Positions 62,514-64,000 of a DNA stretch of 64,000 bases are shown piece after piece. This DNA comes from Elusimicrobiota bacterium (GTDB lineage Bacteria > Elusimicrobiota > Elusimicrobia > UBA1565 > UBA9628). The notes beneath the pieces are model-generated. The model made no database searches. It was not told the origin of the DNA and was given only the letters and a program-made list of their open reading frames with translations. Position 1 is the first letter of the stretch. The number at the start of each line of letters is the position of its first letter. The stretch lies in assembly GCA_016218545.1 (NCBI GenBank), contig JACRDQ010000038.1, positions 66,986 through 130,985 of the forward strand, read 5' to 3'. The translations under genes were made by a program, and so were the position numbers.

Positions 62514-63820
62514 GGCTCGGCCGCAAGAGCTTCCTCCTCTTCCTCGCGGTGGTGCTCCCTCTGGGCTGGCTGATCCACCGCCACACGCTCGAGGCCGTGC
62601 GCGCGGCCATGCTTCGGAACATCTCGGCCCCGGCGAGGTCCGGCGCCGGGCAGGCGGGCCGGTCGGCCGCCATCGGCCTGGCAGCGGCCGACCGCAAGGT
62701 CCTGCGCGAGTACCTCAAGGGCTGCCTGGAGGGGTTCGGGGCGGACTATGCCGCGGCGGTCGACGCGGAGGGACGCGTCGTCGCCAGGACCTCCGGGGAA
62801 TTCCCGCTCGCCTTCGAGGGCGAGTTCCACCGGGGCCCGGCCGCCCCGGTCCAGGGCGTCGCCTCGCGTCAGGTCGCGGCCGGGGGCGCCGGCTACCTGG
62901 AACTGGCCCTCCCCGCGCCGGCCGGCCGCGGGCCGGGCGGCTCCCTGATCCTGGGCTTCTCCCTCAAGGAAGTCGCGGCCACCGAGGCGCGCGTCTCCGA
63001 GAGCTTCCTCGCCTTCGCCGCGGCCGCGGTGGGGGCGGCCGCGGCCGTCTACGGGGTCCTGCTGACCATGCTCAGCAGGCGCGAGGACGAGCTCGTCAGG
63101 AAGGACCGCATACTCCTGCAGTCCGAGAAGCTCTCCGCGCTGGGCAGGCTCGCGGCCGGGATCGCGCACGAGATCAACAACCCGCTCGGAAGCATCCTCG
63201 TCTTCGCCCAGGCCGCGGAGGAGAAGGTTCCCGCGGACCACCCCCTGTCCGAGCCCCTGAAGGCCATCGCGGAGGAGGCCCTGCGCGCCAAGAAGCTGGT
63301 CGCCGACCTCCTCGCATTCTCGCGCCGCGGCGGGCCGGAGCCTGAGTCCTTCCTCCTAGACGAAGCCCTGAAGGCGGCCCTGACCATGGTGGAGGCCCAG
63401 GCGCGGCTCAAGGGCGTCGAGCTCCGGCTCGAGCCCGGGTTCGGCGGGGAGCTCCGAGGTCACCGCGGACAGGTCCAGCAGGCCGTCGTCAACCTCGGCA
63501 ACAACTCCCTCGACGCCATGCCCAAGGGCGGCGCCCTCACGGTGCGCACGAGACGTTCGGCGGACGGCCGGAGCGCGGTCGTGGAGGTGGAGGACACCGG
63601 GTGCGGCATCCCGCCCGAGCTCCATCAGTGGGTCTTCGAGCCTTTCTTCACCACCAAGGAGGTCGGCCAGGGGACGGGGCTCGGGCTGGCGCTCGTCCAC
63701 GAGATCGCTTCCCGCCACGGCGGGTCCGTCGATTTCAAGAGCGCCCCCGGCCGGGGGACGGTCTTCAGGATGACCTTGCCGCTGGCTCCCCCGTCCTCCG
63801 GGGGCGGCGCCTGGGCATAG
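62510..63820 (+). CDS. Sensor histidine kinase
   Basis: N-terminal TM helix. A second hydrophobic segment (FLAFAAAAVGAAAAVYGVLL) follows the sensor region. The H-box is IAHEINNPLGSIL. The HATPase boxes are NLGNNSLDAM, DTGCGIP and GTGLGLALV. Confidence 0.8.
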   Translation: MRLGRKSFLLFLAVVLPLGWLIHRHTLEAVRAAMLRNISAPARSGAGQAGRSAAIGLAAADRKVLREYLKGCLEGFGADYAAAVDAEGRVVARTSGEFPLAFEGEFHRGPAAPVQGVASRQVAAGGAGYLELALPAPAGRGPGGSLILGFSLKEVAATEARVSESFLAFAAAAVGAAAAVYGVLLTMLSRREDELVRKDRILLQSEKLSALGRLAAGIAHEINNPLGSILVFAQAAEEKVPADHPLSEPLKAIAEEALRAKKLVADLLAFSRRGGPEPESFLLDEALKAALTMVEAQARLKGVELRLEPGFGGELRGHRGQVQQAVVNLGNNSLDAMPKGGALTVRTRRSADGRSAVVEVEDTGCGIPPELHQWVFEPFFTTKEVGQGTGLGLALVHEIASRHGGSVDFKSAPGRGTVFRMTLPLAPPSSGGGAWA

Positions 63821-64000
63821 TCTTCCGGCTGGAAGCTCCCTGCCCAAGCGTTGCTCCAAGCGCTCCGCCGGCTCCCGCAGGGGTGTCCCCGCGGGAGCCG
63901 GCGGCAGGGTGCGGCCGCAACTCCCCACAGTGCCATGCCGAAGTCGTCTTCTGGCTGAGCACCTTCCATATGAGCGGGTCGACGCCCTCGACCTTCGAGC

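Noticed and set aside
1-64000. CRISPR arrays, rRNA and canonical tRNA genes
   Set aside because: No regularly spaced short direct repeats were seen. No tRNA cloverleaf candidates or rRNA-like conserved stretches were seen in the intergenic regions. tmRNA is the only RNA gene.

Overview
This is a high-GC (roughly 65-70%) chromosomal segment from a Gram-negative bacterium, inferred from Tol-Pal genes, outer-membrane beta-barrel proteins and lipoproteins. It contains about 50 protein genes and one clear RNA gene, a tmRNA (ssrA) at 45943-46293. No rRNA, canonical tRNA, CRISPR array, transposase or integrase was seen.

Main gene content in order:
- (1) A possibly 5'-partial gene for a protein with two tandem PD-(D/E)XK (RecB-like) nuclease domains.
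- (2) An extracellular-electron-transfer-like module: a PhnD-like binding-protein lipoprotein, a sensor kinase, a decaheme cytochrome c (10 CXXCH motifs) and a roughly 800-aa MtrB/PioB-like outer-membrane barrel. It is followed by a sigma54-type (NtrC family) response regulator, an inverted repeat, a candidate sigma54 promoter and an FNR-like regulator with an N-terminal Cys cluster.
- (3) Two secreted PLD-family (HKD) proteins, one carrying four HKD motifs.
- (4) A minus-strand run pal-cpoB-tolB followed by a roughly 1030-aa lipoprotein with a Gly-rich region and C-terminal HEAT repeats, a giant HAD-phosphatase-MFS fusion and a giant CPBP-protease fusion whose C-terminal 2.2 kb has markedly lower GC.
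- (5) A signalling and redox run: CheY-like regulators, a PAS-GGDEF protein, a DoxX/DsbA pair, a subtilisin, a radical SAM enzyme and two very long perfect palindromes (93 bp and 57 bp).
- (6) Three tandem paralogous receptor-type TPR Ser/Thr kinases, each behind an almost identical TTGACA-N17-TACACT promoter. Two of them are paired divergently with small secreted 3-Cys proteins driven by a conserved TGTTATACT extended -10.
- (7) ssrA and its terminator, then a tightly coupled operon: two GAF-GGDEF genes, sppA, a membrane protein, a YjeF-N domain protein (nnrE-like), a cyclophilin, a lipoprotein and ackA.
- (8) An SGNH hydrolase, xylFGH-like sugar ABC transporter genes, a GT-C membrane glycosyltransferase, a degraded caspase-like gene and a terminal two-component system.

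The most interesting candidates are the paired secreted-peptide/receptor-kinase modules, the two-gene porin-cytochrome conduit with its dedicated sigma54/FNR regulatory wiring, and the compositionally foreign C-terminal domain of the CPBP fusion protein.
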